64,000 nt of DNA from Candidatus Bathyarchaeota archaeon (GCA_963771885.1 CAVYVF010000022.1:192001-256000); one strand, 5' to 3'; counted from the stretch's first letter, positions 29,514 to 39,109 are shown. Notes: a model not told the origin generated them from the letters alone. Numbers and translations: made by a program.

Positions 29514-31567
29514 TTCCTCTACCAGCCTCACTTCGCTCGATGTCCTCGGTCTTGTGGACCATGACGATGTGGACGTCTTTGCCCTTGAAGGTGACCTGGC
29601 TCGGGGTGATGGCCATGTACTGGTCTGCGTCCCCTCCATTGTGGAGACGATGAACTCGGAGACGACCTCCTTGTTCTTCGGGTCCATGTGGAGGTCGAAC
29701 TCGTCGACCGCCCTGAAGGGGCTGAGGACGTTCTGCTGCAGGGCGAGGAGGAAAGCCATGACGGTTGTGCTTCTCTCGCCTCCGCTGTGCGTGTACGGGT
29801 CGAGCCTGCTAGTTGCCCGCCCTTGAAGCTGACGAATATCTCGAGCCCGGCCTCCTCGATGTCGGAGGGGTTGATGAGGCGTGTCTCGCCGCGTGCCTGA
29901 AGCCTGCTGAGGAGGCTCTGGTAGCGGGCGTTGACCTCGTCGAGAAGGTTGTGGATGACGTCGCCCCACTTGCGTGTGCGCTCCTCTATCTCCGCCATGA
30001 CCTGGCGGCGGTCCTCGTGGACCTGCGCGACCTTCTCCTGTATCTCCTTGTAGGTCTTGTTGTAGGAGTCGTACATCTCCTCGGCGTCCTCGGGGACCTC
30101 GGCCAGGCCGATGAGGATGCCGGAGGTCTTCCTGATCTCGTTAAGTACATCGTCGCCGGTGCGCCCGGTCTCGACGCGGGCGCCCTTGATCGAGTGCCTC
30201 CGCCTCAGCGTCGCGGCGCTCCTGTTGGCGCGGTCAATCTCGGCCTTGAGCTCCTCGATCCGCCGCTTAAGGCGGCCACGCTTGTCCTTGAGGAGGGCGA
30301 GCTGTATCCTGCCCTCGACGTGCTGGTCGGTGGCGGCGTCTACCTTGACCCTGAGGACCTCCATGTCCTCGAGACTACGCGCCCCACGGCCGACTCAGCG
30401 TCCTCAAGCTGTCTGCTGAGCTGCTTGATCTTGGCCTCGGCCTCGCTCCTCTGGGTGATGAGTTCCCCGCTCCACCCTCGAAGGTCTCTGTCTGGGTCTT
30501 CTCTAGCTCATCAATGAGTGTTGAAGTAGTCGTCGAGCTTCGTGGGACCCTTCTTAAGTGTGGACCTGAGAGTCTGGGCGGTGAGTTCGAGTTTCTTGCG
30601 CTGCTCGCCGCTGCTGCCGAGCATCCTGTTTAAGGCTCTGTATGCGGTCCTTGGTGGAGTTGATGCTGAACTCGCTTACTCCGAGTGCTTTCTCGGCCTC
30701 TACGCGGCGCTCTATGAACTCCATCCACTGGCTGCGCAGCGTTTTTAGGGCCTCGTCGCTGTCGACGACTGCCTTGCTGAACCTGTTCATCTCCTCCTCT
30801 GCGCCGTAGAGGTCGGCGTCTGCCTGGTCTAGCTCTTGCTCCAGCTCCTTGACGTTCCCCTCGAGTTGAAGAACGCGGCTCCACGCCATTTCGCGCTGGA
30901 GGAAGTTCATGCGTGTCTGGAGCTTCTTCTTCTCCTGTAGACGCTCGTTCTGGTCGCGCCAGTAAGCGAGCGTCTCGCGTGCACGGTCTAGGAGCTGGTT
31001 TAGGCTCTGCTCCTCGCTGAGTATGCCGCCGAGGCGCTGTTTTGCCTCTACGACGTCGCGGCGGAAGGTGTTGAAGCCGACCGCCTCTTCGAGCATGACG
31101 AGGCGTTCCTGTGGGCTGAGGTTTGCGAAGCGGCCCGGCATGTTCTGGTGCATGATGATGAGCATGTTGTCGGGGTCGAAGCCGAATCCCTTGAGGAGTT
31201 CGGTGACCTCGGCCTTGGTGACGTTTCGCTGGTTTAGTTCGAAGGTATACTTGCCGTCGCGGCGGATGTTGCGGGTGAGGCGTACCTCGTCCACGTTGAA
31301 TGTGGGGACGGGACGTTTTCCGTCGTCTCGCTTGCTGTTGTCGAGTATGAGGCTGACCTCGGCCTGGTCCTGTTCCCAGCGTATGAGGTCGCTGAGCTTT
31401 TTGCTCCTCTCAGTGTAGGTGTCGCCTAAGGCGACGCAGATGGCGAGGAGAAAACTCGATTTTCCGGAGCCGTTCGGGCCGCAAACTACGTTTACCCCGT
31501 CTCTGAGTGGGATGCGGGCGTACTCGTACGACATAAAATTCTTGATAATGACCTCTCTGATGAGCAT
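29510..31567 (-). CDS. Short SMC-family ATPase (coalescin/arcadin-4/Smc5-6-like), about 680 aa after repairing indels
   Basis: IKNFMSY, Walker A GPNGSGKSS, Q-loop IIMHQN, long coiled coils, signature HSGGERS, Walker B FRAVDEFDLHMD, QYMAITP; pieces lie in several ORF-track frames. Confidence 0.88.
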
Positions 31568-31711
31568 CCGCGACGCCTCTAAACTCCTGAGTCTAACAGT
31601 CCTCTGTTTTTAAACCTACCCGCCAATTTTCCTTGGGGTAGACTGAAAGTGAAGGTGGGCAGTTCCCCTTAAACCTTTTACAGGTAACCGCCCACCCTTG
31701 AGGGGATTGTA

Positions 31712-32725
31712 ATGGTGATTCTCTCGAAAAAGCAAGAGGAGGAAGCGGCGCGCATCCACAAAGAGGCGGTCGTCATAGATACCCATTGCGATACGCTAAT
31801 GCAGCTGACGCCGGGTCAATACGGCGGACAGCCCACGAGAAGGTTCGGGGAGCGGAGCGACAAGGGGCACCTCGACCTCCCCCGAATGATTGATGGGGGA
31901 ATTGACTGCCAGACATTCGCTATGTACACGGGGCGCCGTGAGGGACAGCCCGACGCCCTCTACACCGCGATGGTGATGACAGACGCATTCTACAGGGAGA
32001 TGGAGGCGAACACTGAGAAGATAGTGCCAGTCACCTCAGCGCGCGAGATACTCGCCGCTAAGGAAGTGGGGAAGTGCAGCGGACTCCTTGCCATCGAGGG
32101 CGGTGAGCCCCTTATGGGCGACCTCAGCGTCCTCCGCAACTTCTACAAGCTCGGCGTCAGGATGCTCAGCTTCACGTGGAACTGGCGCACCCCCTTCGCT
32201 GACGGCCTCTCGGCGTCCCGCGCAGGCAGCAAGCTCACCGACCTCGGCATCAAGGCGATCGAGGAGATGGACCGCCTCGGCATCGTCCTCGACACCAGCC
32301 ACATAAGTGATACATGTTTCTGGGACATTGCCGAGGTCAAAAAGGGTCCCTTCATAGCGAGCCACAGCAACAGCCGCGTCGTCTGCGACCACCGCAGAAA
32401 CCTCACAGACGATATGCTTCAGACAATAGCCGATCACGATGGCGTAGTAGGGATGAACTTCGCCCCAGACTTCGTCGCCAAGGAAGGCGCCACCATCGAA
32501 AAGCTCGTCGACCACATAGACTACATAGTGAAGCTGGTGGGACCAGACCACGTGGGTCTCGGCTCAGACTTCGACGGCATCGGCAATCCCCCGGTAGGAT
32601 TAGAGAACGCCTCCAAGATGCCAAACATCACCCGCGAGTTAGTGCGCCGCAAGTACTCGGAGGAGGACATAAAGAAGATACTCGGCGGTAACACCCTCAG
32701 GGTCCTCGGCTCCGTCCTCAAGTAA
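31712..32725 (+). CDS. Membrane dipeptidase (peptidase M19)
   Basis: DTHCD, IEG, DTSH, SHSN, RNLTD, HVGLGSDFDG, KILGGN. Confidence 0.95.
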   Translation: MVILSKKQEEEAARIHKEAVVIDTHCDTLMQLTPGQYGGQPTRRFGERSDKGHLDLPRMIDGGIDCQTFAMYTGRREGQPDALYTAMVMTDAFYREMEANTEKIVPVTSAREILAAKEVGKCSGLLAIEGGEPLMGDLSVLRNFYKLGVRMLSFTWNWRTPFADGLSASRAGSKLTDLGIKAIEEMDRLGIVLDTSHISDTCFWDIAEVKKGPFIASHSNSRVVCDHRRNLTDDMLQTIADHDGVVGMNFAPDFVAKEGATIEKLVDHIDYIVKLVGPDHVGLGSDFDGIGNPPVGLENASKMPNITRELVRRKYSEEDIKKILGGNTLRVLGSVLK

Positions 32726-33023
32726 CGTCACGTGACTGCAATATTTCTATCAACCCAGACATGTAGTCCTAATCGGGGCCGTATTCGAGGTTCTTCTGAA
32801 GGTTATGCAGAGAGGCGCGCTCCTTGCGCTCAGCGAGAGACGCCCCTCCATGAGGGTCTATACTTGGTGCAACAGGATCAACGAGATCATCGAGCGCGCG
32901 CCGAAGAGCAGGCACGCCTTCAACAAGTACCACCGCGAAGTGGACAGGCTCTTCAAGGGGCTGTCCTGAGCTGCTCATTACCCTTAAATGGCGCTCTCCG
33001 TCCCCTTGGTCTAGGTGTAAGAT

Positions 33024-33737
33024 TTGCCAACGGCGGGGAAGGTCTTCGTCTCAACCGAGTACAAGAAGCTCGCGGACATCGCGGCGGCGCTCGAGGGCCA
33101 CAAGATAGAGGAGGAGTACGCCGAAGGCGATTTCAAGCTCACTCTACTCACCGAAGTCGCCAACGTCAACGTCACCGAGGGCGTACTCACCGGACTCTAC
33201 AGCTACGATCACGTCGTCTACAACTACCATCGTGGGAAAGTCCTCCCAGCCGCCGCTACGAAGGAAGTCCTATTCAGTATGAACGAGCACGAGAGTCGAG
33301 TCTACCTCGTCGTCGTCGACAAGAAGGCCATTGCCAATAAGATCGCGAACAAGTTGAGCGAGATCGCCTTTGGCGAGATGGGTGTAATCGTCGAGGCGCG
33401 CATACTCCCTGAGACTATGAAAAAGTTCCACATCGCCAATAAGGAGGGTACCAAGGTGATCTTCTTCGAGAACATGGACATCCCGAATATAAACAAGCTC
33501 AGCCTCTACGGGCCGGACCTTGTCGACACGAAGCTTTTCAAGGAGTACGACAGCATCGGGGACCCCTGGTACGTGCTAGCGAAGAGCAAAAAGTTCGGAT
33601 ACACCGTGGGACTCGTCCGCGATGGTTCGGTGACAATCTTCAACACGGTTGATCAGGGGCAATACCTTCAATACGTGCGGGAGGACGTGATCCCAATGAC
33701 TCAGCCACCGAGGGCTAGGAAGGAGGAAGAGGAGTAA
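33024..33737 (+). CDS. Hypothetical protein, translationally coupled to tusA
   Basis: 237-aa ORF with natural composition; TAATG stop/start overlap with the next gene. Confidence 0.75.
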   Translation: MPTAGKVFVSTEYKKLADIAAALEGHKIEEEYAEGDFKLTLLTEVANVNVTEGVLTGLYSYDHVVYNYHRGKVLPAAATKEVLFSMNEHESRVYLVVVDKKAIANKIANKLSEIAFGEMGVIVEARILPETMKKFHIANKEGTKVIFFENMDIPNINKLSLYGPDLVDTKLFKEYDSIGDPWYVLAKSKKFGYTVGLVRDGSVTIFNTVDQGQYLQYVREDVIPMTQPPRARKEEEE

Positions 33738-33961
33738 TGACTGACAAGGTACTTGACTGCACGGGGCTCTTCTGCCCCGAACCCGTCTTCAGGACACGCA
33801 TGGCGCTCGACGAGCTCGCCTCGGGACAGACACTTGAGGTCCACGCCGACGACCCAGCAGCCTTCGAGGACCTCCGCAGGCTCACGGAGCGCCTAGGCCA
33901 CACCGTCGTCTCCATAAAGAAGGAAGGCGACGAGACCACCATCGTCATCAAGAAGAAGTAG
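33737..33961 (+). CDS. tusA: Sulfur carrier, TusA family
   Basis: LDCTGLFCPEP motif, ADDPAA; 74 aa. Confidence 0.92.
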   Translation: MTDKVLDCTGLFCPEPVFRTRMALDELASGQTLEVHADDPAAFEDLRRLTERLGHTVVSIKKEGDETTIVIKKK

Positions 33962-35020
33962 CTATTGTATACTTTTCACGCCCTCGCTTACCAGGGTGTA
34001 GAGGGCTCCGAGGTTCGAGGCGAGGCCAACGGTCCCCGCCACCTGCCCGAGTTCAGCTGCGCTCTTGACGCAAAGCAGCTTGAGGTTGATCTTCGCCACG
34101 GGGTGGGTATTCACAACTCCGCCGACGGTGCCTACACTGAGCGGCATCTCCAGCTCGCCAATGAGTCCGCCTTGCTGATCCCTCGTCCAACGGGAGAGAG
34201 GCTTGTATGCCCCTCTGAGGGAGGCATAGGCGTGTGCCCCGGCCTCGACGGCGCGTGTATCGTTGCCAGTGGCGAGGAGCACTGCTGAGACGCCATTCAT
34301 TATCCCCTTGTTGTGGGTGACGGCGCGGTAAGGATCGGCCTCGGCGAACGCGGACGCCTTCACAATCCTGTCTGCAATCTCACCGTTGATCCGCTCCTCT
34401 GGGACGCTGGCGCGTACCCGGACCATGCGCCCCGTGGAGAGGTTCGTCAGGATAGCCATGTTCACCCTCCCACCCGTCAGAGCCTCGACTGCGGGCCTGA
34501 TCAGCTCACACATCGAGTTGACGACGTTAGCCCCCATCGAGTCCTTGACATCGACGTGGACCTCAGCGATGATCATTGGTCCCGCATCTGTGTCGAGCCG
34601 GCGTGTAGTCAAGTCTAGTGCCTTACGGGTCGTGGAGACTGTGTTCATCTCGATGAGCAGGTTCGACCTCTCCGCGAGGATGCGGCGGATTCCCTCCTCG
34701 ATATTTGGGGCGCCGACAACCTGAATTTGCCCCATCATGATCTGCTCACTGCTGTCCGCCGTGTAGACGGCGAGTCCCGCGCCACGTCGCACCATTTCCA
34801 CGACCCCCCTCTCCTCGATCGCGAGTGGCACCATAAATCCACGCCCGTTCAACGTGAGCCCGTCTACAACGCCCAGCGGCACGTGCAAGAGTCCCAGCAC
34901 GTTCTCCCGAAGCTTATCCGCGTGCTCAATGGAGAGGGCGTCCCTAGCACCCAGCGTCTCCACCTCTTCGGAAGTAAGCTTCTCAAGCAACCGCGACCTT
35001 ATCCCGCCCACCGAGGACAT
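33962..35020 (-). CDS. Class II HMG-CoA reductase homolog, C-terminally truncated
   Basis: ENVLG, PLAIEE, DSMGAN, ILTNL, RAVTHNKGIMNG, TGNDTRA, GTVGG; ends at LVSEGVKSIQ*. Confidence 0.88.
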   Translation of the reverse strand: MSSVGGIRSRLLEKLTSEEVETLGARDALSIEHADKLRENVLGLLHVPLGVVDGLTLNGRGFMVPLAIEERGVVEMVRRGAGLAVYTADSSEQIMMGQIQVVGAPNIEEGIRRILAERSNLLIEMNTVSTTRKALDLTTRRLDTDAGPMIIAEVHVDVKDSMGANVVNSMCELIRPAVEALTGGRVNMAILTNLSTGRMVRVRASVPEERINGEIADRIVKASAFAEADPYRAVTHNKGIMNGVSAVLLATGNDTRAVEAGAHAYASLRGAYKPLSRWTRDQQGGLIGELEMPLSVGTVGGVVNTHPVAKINLKLLCVKSAAELGQVAGTVGLASNLGALYTLVSEGVKSIQ

Positions 35021-35364
35021 ACAGACTCACCACTAACCCAACCGGAATAAGTATTCCTCTACATTCCAATACCCCAAAAAAACGAGATCACTGAATATCT
35101 GAAAATTAGGCTTGAATCGGGTAAATATCTTACGAAACGGCCCCATTCTTGATCGGATCTAAGAAAAAGGGGTATATATTCGCTAAATACATGCACCTCA
35201 AAAAGGGAGGGGGTTTCTGTGATAAAGCTCGAAAACTCACCTGTTGAGAAAAAGGAGCCGTAATATCTACCAACCAACCGATCATCGTGTCCAAAAGTGA
35301 GACAAAATACACTGAACCAGATAACCCTAAATCCAAAAACCCCCACAAGAGACCAGAACACACC

Positions 35365-36312
35365 ATGAGCCTAAACGAAGCGAAGACAGCGGAGATATAC
35401 CGTGTCATGGTCCGCATAAGGACCTTCGAGAACGCCGTCAGGAGACTCACGAAGGAGGGGAAGATACCTGCTCGCTTCGGACTCTACACGGGACAGGAGG
35501 CGGTCGCCGCCGGTGTCTCCATCCACCTCAGGAAGGGGGATCAGATCGCCTCCACCCACCGCGCCCTCGGGCACCTCATCGCCAAGGGCTGCAGCCTCGA
35601 CAGGCTCATGGCGGAGCTCATGGGAAAGCAGACAGGCTTCAATCATGGTAAGGCAGGGCCCTACCATACATTCGACCCCAGCGTCGGCGCCATAGGGGCT
35701 AACGGCGTTGTCGGCGGAAGCGTCCCAACCGCAGCCGGCTACGCACTCGCCGACCAATTAGAAGGCAAGCGCAAGATCGCCGTCTCCTACTTCGGCGAAG
35801 GTGGAAGCAACCAGGGAGGTGTACAGGAGACCTTAAACCTCGCCGCCTGCTGGAATCTCCCAATCGTTTTCGTCTGCGAGAACAGCAGTCCAGAGGTCCA
35901 GCGCATGCTCGGCCACGAGATAGACTACCCCCAGCTTAGCATTGATAAGGTCAGCTTGCGCGCAAAGAACTACGCGATGCCCGGATACACCACAACCGGC
36001 TGGGACGTCGACGCCGTCTACAAGGCTGCAGGAAAAGCAGTCAGACGCGCACGTGCCGGGAAGGGACCTACTCTCCTCGAGTTCAAGGTACACCAGCTCG
36101 AGGGAAACCTCGAGGGACGCCTTGAGTCCAACGAGAAGGAGCGCCAGTGGGACCCCATAAACCTCCTAAAGCAGAGGATGCCCCGAACGATTGAGGAGCA
36201 GATACGCTCCGAGGAGGCAGCAAACGTCCAGAAGGCCATTGACTACGGGTTAAAGAGCCCCGAGCCCACACTGGACCAGGCATATGCCTGCGTCTTCAGG
36301 GAGGCGGACTAG
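35365..36312 (+). CDS. ThDP-dependent 2-oxoacid/acetoin dehydrogenase E1 alpha-like subunit
   Basis: GQEAVA, STHR, GANGVVG, FGEGGSNQG...NLAACWNLPIVFVCEN, GKGPTLLE. Start MSLNEAK. Confidence 0.9.
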   Translation: MSLNEAKTAEIYRVMVRIRTFENAVRRLTKEGKIPARFGLYTGQEAVAAGVSIHLRKGDQIASTHRALGHLIAKGCSLDRLMAELMGKQTGFNHGKAGPYHTFDPSVGAIGANGVVGGSVPTAAGYALADQLEGKRKIAVSYFGEGGSNQGGVQETLNLAACWNLPIVFVCENSSPEVQRMLGHEIDYPQLSIDKVSLRAKNYAMPGYTTTGWDVDAVYKAAGKAVRRARAGKGPTLLEFKVHQLEGNLEGRLESNEKERQWDPINLLKQRMPRTIEEQIRSEEAANVQKAIDYGLKSPEPTLDQAYACVFREAD

Positions 36313-36313
36313 T

Positions 36314-37285
36314 ATGCCCGCACGCGAGATCACCTTCGGCCAGGCGCTTAACGAGGCACACATGTCCGAGATGGAACGCGACCCCAAGGTCATTGTTTTC
36401 GGCGAGAACGTCTCCAGTCAGTGGCGCGAGGCGACGAAAGGGCTAAAGGAAAAGTTTGGACGCGAGCGCGTCCGCGACGCCCCCATCACGGAGACCGCCT
36501 TCATCGGCGCCGGCGTCGGAGCTGCTATCGCAGGCTACCATCCCGTCGTCGAACTCATGCTCGTCGACTTCGGACTCGTTGCAATGGACCAGATACTAAA
36601 CCAGTTCGCCAAGACACCTTACATGACCGGCGGAGCTGTAAGCGTCCCAATGACTCTCCGTGTCCTTAACGGTGCAGGGACGAGCAGCGGCGCTACACAT
36701 AGTGAGAGCCTCCATGGACTATTCGCGCATACCCCGGGGCTCAAGGTCGTCGTCCCAAGCAATCCCTACGACGCGAAGGGGCTACTCATCTCCAGTATAC
36801 GCGACCCGAACCCCAAGATATTCATGGAGCACCGCCTCCTGTACCCCGTCAAGGGCCAGGTTCCCAAGGAGCCCTATGAGGTACCACTCGGCGTCGCCAA
36901 CCTCGTCCGCGAGGGAAAGGATGTCACCGTCGTCGCGACGAGTCTTATGGTGCAGGAGGCGATGAAGGCGGCGGATGAACTCAAAGGCAAGGTGAGCGTC
37001 GAGGTCATCGACCCGCGCACACTCGTCCCCCTCGATGAGGAAGCGATCGTCAACTCAGTCAAGAAGACGGGGCGCCTCGTCGTCGTGGACGAGGACTACC
37101 ACAGCTTCGGCTTCAGTGGCGAGGTAGTCGCCATAGCTGCGGAGAAGGCGCTGAAGAGCCTCGTAACTACCCCGATACGTGTCGCCACACCAAACATACC
37201 CTTCCCATTCAACCCTCGCCTCGAAAAGGAGTTACTCCCCAACAAGGACAAGATAGTCGCCGCCATCAGGAAGGCGGCAGTTTAG
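36314..37285 (+). CDS. ThDP-dependent dehydrogenase E1 beta subunit
   Basis: DAPITE, THSES, PGLKVVVPS...DAKGLL, EVIDPRTLVPLD, KTGRLVVVDE. Confidence 0.93.
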   Translation: MPAREITFGQALNEAHMSEMERDPKVIVFGENVSSQWREATKGLKEKFGRERVRDAPITETAFIGAGVGAAIAGYHPVVELMLVDFGLVAMDQILNQFAKTPYMTGGAVSVPMTLRVLNGAGTSSGATHSESLHGLFAHTPGLKVVVPSNPYDAKGLLISSIRDPNPKIFMEHRLLYPVKGQVPKEPYEVPLGVANLVREGKDVTVVATSLMVQEAMKAADELKGKVSVEVIDPRTLVPLDEEAIVNSVKKTGRLVVVDEDYHSFGFSGEVVAIAAEKALKSLVTTPIRVATPNIPFPFNPRLEKELLPNKDKIVAAIRKAAV

Positions 37286-37339
37286 CCCCCACACTAACTC
37301 TTATTACACCCGGGTTTCAGCTAATTCGGGGGGAGCCAC

Positions 37340-38140
37340 TTGGTTAAGTGCGACAAGTGCGGCGTCGAGACCTATATGCCCTACCGCTGCAACTACTGTG
37401 GCGGCTACTTCTGCGACCAGCATAGGCTACCCGAGTTCCACGACTGCACGGGGAAATATGATCAGGCAAAACCGAATACTGTGCACATAGGCAGCTACTC
37501 CTCGACCGGAGACTTTCAAGGCAACTACTCGACGAGCCAGGTCATACGACCCTACTGGTTCAGCAGTAAGGAGTTACGAGACCTCGCGATCGGGCTCGTC
37601 ATCATCATGGCGCTCCCGCTCTTCAAGGTGTGGAGCTACTTTACAGTGGCGCCATTCTTCGTTATTGGTATTGCCTCGGTCCTTGCCCTTGCCTTCATCC
37701 TTCACGAGCTGGCTCACAAGTTCGCGGCGCAGCACTTCGGGATGTGGGCAGAGTTCAGGTTGAGCACGATAGGAATGCTTTTCACCCTTTTCTCATTCGC
37801 CCTACTCCAGTCCGACGTACTCCCGATAATGATAGTCGCTCCCGGCGCCGTGATGATAGCCGGCGTTATGAACCTTACGGAGTACGGAAAGATATCGATA
37901 GCCGGCCCGACAACGAACATCGCTCAGGCGCTCATCTACCTCGTCGTCTACCTCTTCTCGCCGGACAGTCTCATCAGCGTCATCGCCTTCTACGGCGTCC
38001 AGATAAACGCGTTCCTCGCCCTCTTCAACCTCATCCCCTTCGGAGCTTTCGACGGACTGAAGATATACAACTGGGACAAGAAAGCCTGGGGCGCAGCAGT
38101 AGCGATCGCAGGCGTCCTCGTCTTATTCACCTGGTTCTAG
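37340..38140 (+). CDS. AN1-type zinc finger fused to a site-2 (M50) metalloprotease
   Basis: CDKC...PYRCNYCGGYFCDQHRLPEFHDC; HELAH, AGP, FNLIPFGAFDG. Confidence 0.9.
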   Translation: MVKCDKCGVETYMPYRCNYCGGYFCDQHRLPEFHDCTGKYDQAKPNTVHIGSYSSTGDFQGNYSTSQVIRPYWFSSKELRDLAIGLVIIMALPLFKVWSYFTVAPFFVIGIASVLALAFILHELAHKFAAQHFGMWAEFRLSTIGMLFTLFSFALLQSDVLPIMIVAPGAVMIAGVMNLTEYGKISIAGPTTNIAQALIYLVVYLFSPDSLISVIAFYGVQINAFLALFNLIPFGAFDGLKIYNWDKKAWGAAVAIAGVLVLFTWF

Positions 38141-38180
38141 GGGTTCCCCTTATCTACCGGATACGACAATCCTCCCCCGT

Positions 38181-39071
38181 ATGATCGTCATACCCGGTCC
38201 CTCTTCTCTAGGGCTCGGCTGGAGGATAGCGGAGCGCCTAGGCGTTGAGCCTACGCCGGTAGAGCACCGCGTCTTCCCCGACGGGGAGAGTTATATAAAG
38301 CTCACGAAACAGGTGGCGGGGGAGAGCGTCGTAATAGTCCAGACGACAGCGCCCAACCCGGATACCCGACTCATGCAGCTCCTCCTCATGGCGAGGACCG
38401 CCAAGGACTTCGACGCTGAGAAGGTCGTCGCTGTCGTCCCCTACCTCGCTTACGCACGCCAGGACAAGCGCTTCACCGACCTAGAGTCACTCAGCCTAGA
38501 CATAATATTCGGCATGCTCGAGTGCGCGGGGGTCACCGATCTCGTCACGGTCAACATTCACAACGAGGCGTCCACCCGCGGGGTCGAGAAAAGGCACAAG
38601 GTAAGGTTCCACAACATCAGCGCCATACCACTCCTCGCCGAGTACCTCAAGAAAGAGGGTTTCGGCGGCGCCTACAGCCTCTCCCCCGATAAGGGAGCCA
38701 TCTACATAGCTGAAGCCGCCTCCAAGGTCCTCGGCGGGGGCTACAACTACTTCGAAAAGACCCGCGACCGCAAGACGGGCGAGATAACAATGGCTGTCAA
38801 AGACCTCAACATAGGCGGGCGCAAGGCTGTGGTCTTCGACGACATGATAAGCAGCGGCGGGACTATGGCGAAGGCAGTCGAAGCCCTCACAGCCCAGGGC
38901 GCGGAGAAGGTCGCAACCGCCTGCACACATGTACTCTATATGCCCGGCGCTGAGGAGAAGATCAGAAAGGCTGGCGCAGACCCGATAATCGCAACCAACA
39001 CCATCGAGACCCCCTTTAGCAGGGTCAGTGTAGCAGGGATCATCGCCGACAAGCTCAGGGAAATAGCCTGA
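38181..39071 (+). CDS. prs: Ribose-phosphate pyrophosphokinase
   Basis: FPDGE, PYLAYARQD, SPDKGA, DDMISSGGT, ACTH. Confidence 0.95.
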   Translation: MIVIPGPSSLGLGWRIAERLGVEPTPVEHRVFPDGESYIKLTKQVAGESVVIVQTTAPNPDTRLMQLLLMARTAKDFDAEKVVAVVPYLAYARQDKRFTDLESLSLDIIFGMLECAGVTDLVTVNIHNEASTRGVEKRHKVRFHNISAIPLLAEYLKKEGFGGAYSLSPDKGAIYIAEAASKVLGGGYNYFEKTRDRKTGEITMAVKDLNIGGRKAVVFDDMISSGGTMAKAVEALTAQGAEKVATACTHVLYMPGAEEKIRKAGADPIIATNTIETPFSRVSVAGIIADKLREIA

Positions 39072-39109
39072 GCTAACCCCTTTATACCGCCACGGCGAAC
39101 AACAGGGCG

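Noticed and set aside
28269..29969. 566-aa ORF as a single novel protein
   Set aside because: It is a mosaic of true-frame pieces of the SMC C-terminus, kleisin and KITE genes linked by off-frame stretches.
28121..31567. Wadjet (JetABCD) or Rad50-Mre11 system
   Set aside because: No Toprim nuclease (JetD) or Mre11/NurA/HerA neighbour, no zinc hook, the SMC is too short for JetC, and the gene order is SMC-first.
32730..33020. Small ORFs between the dipeptidase and the 33024 gene
   Set aside because: Overlapping candidates on both strands with no recognisable motif; none could be supported.
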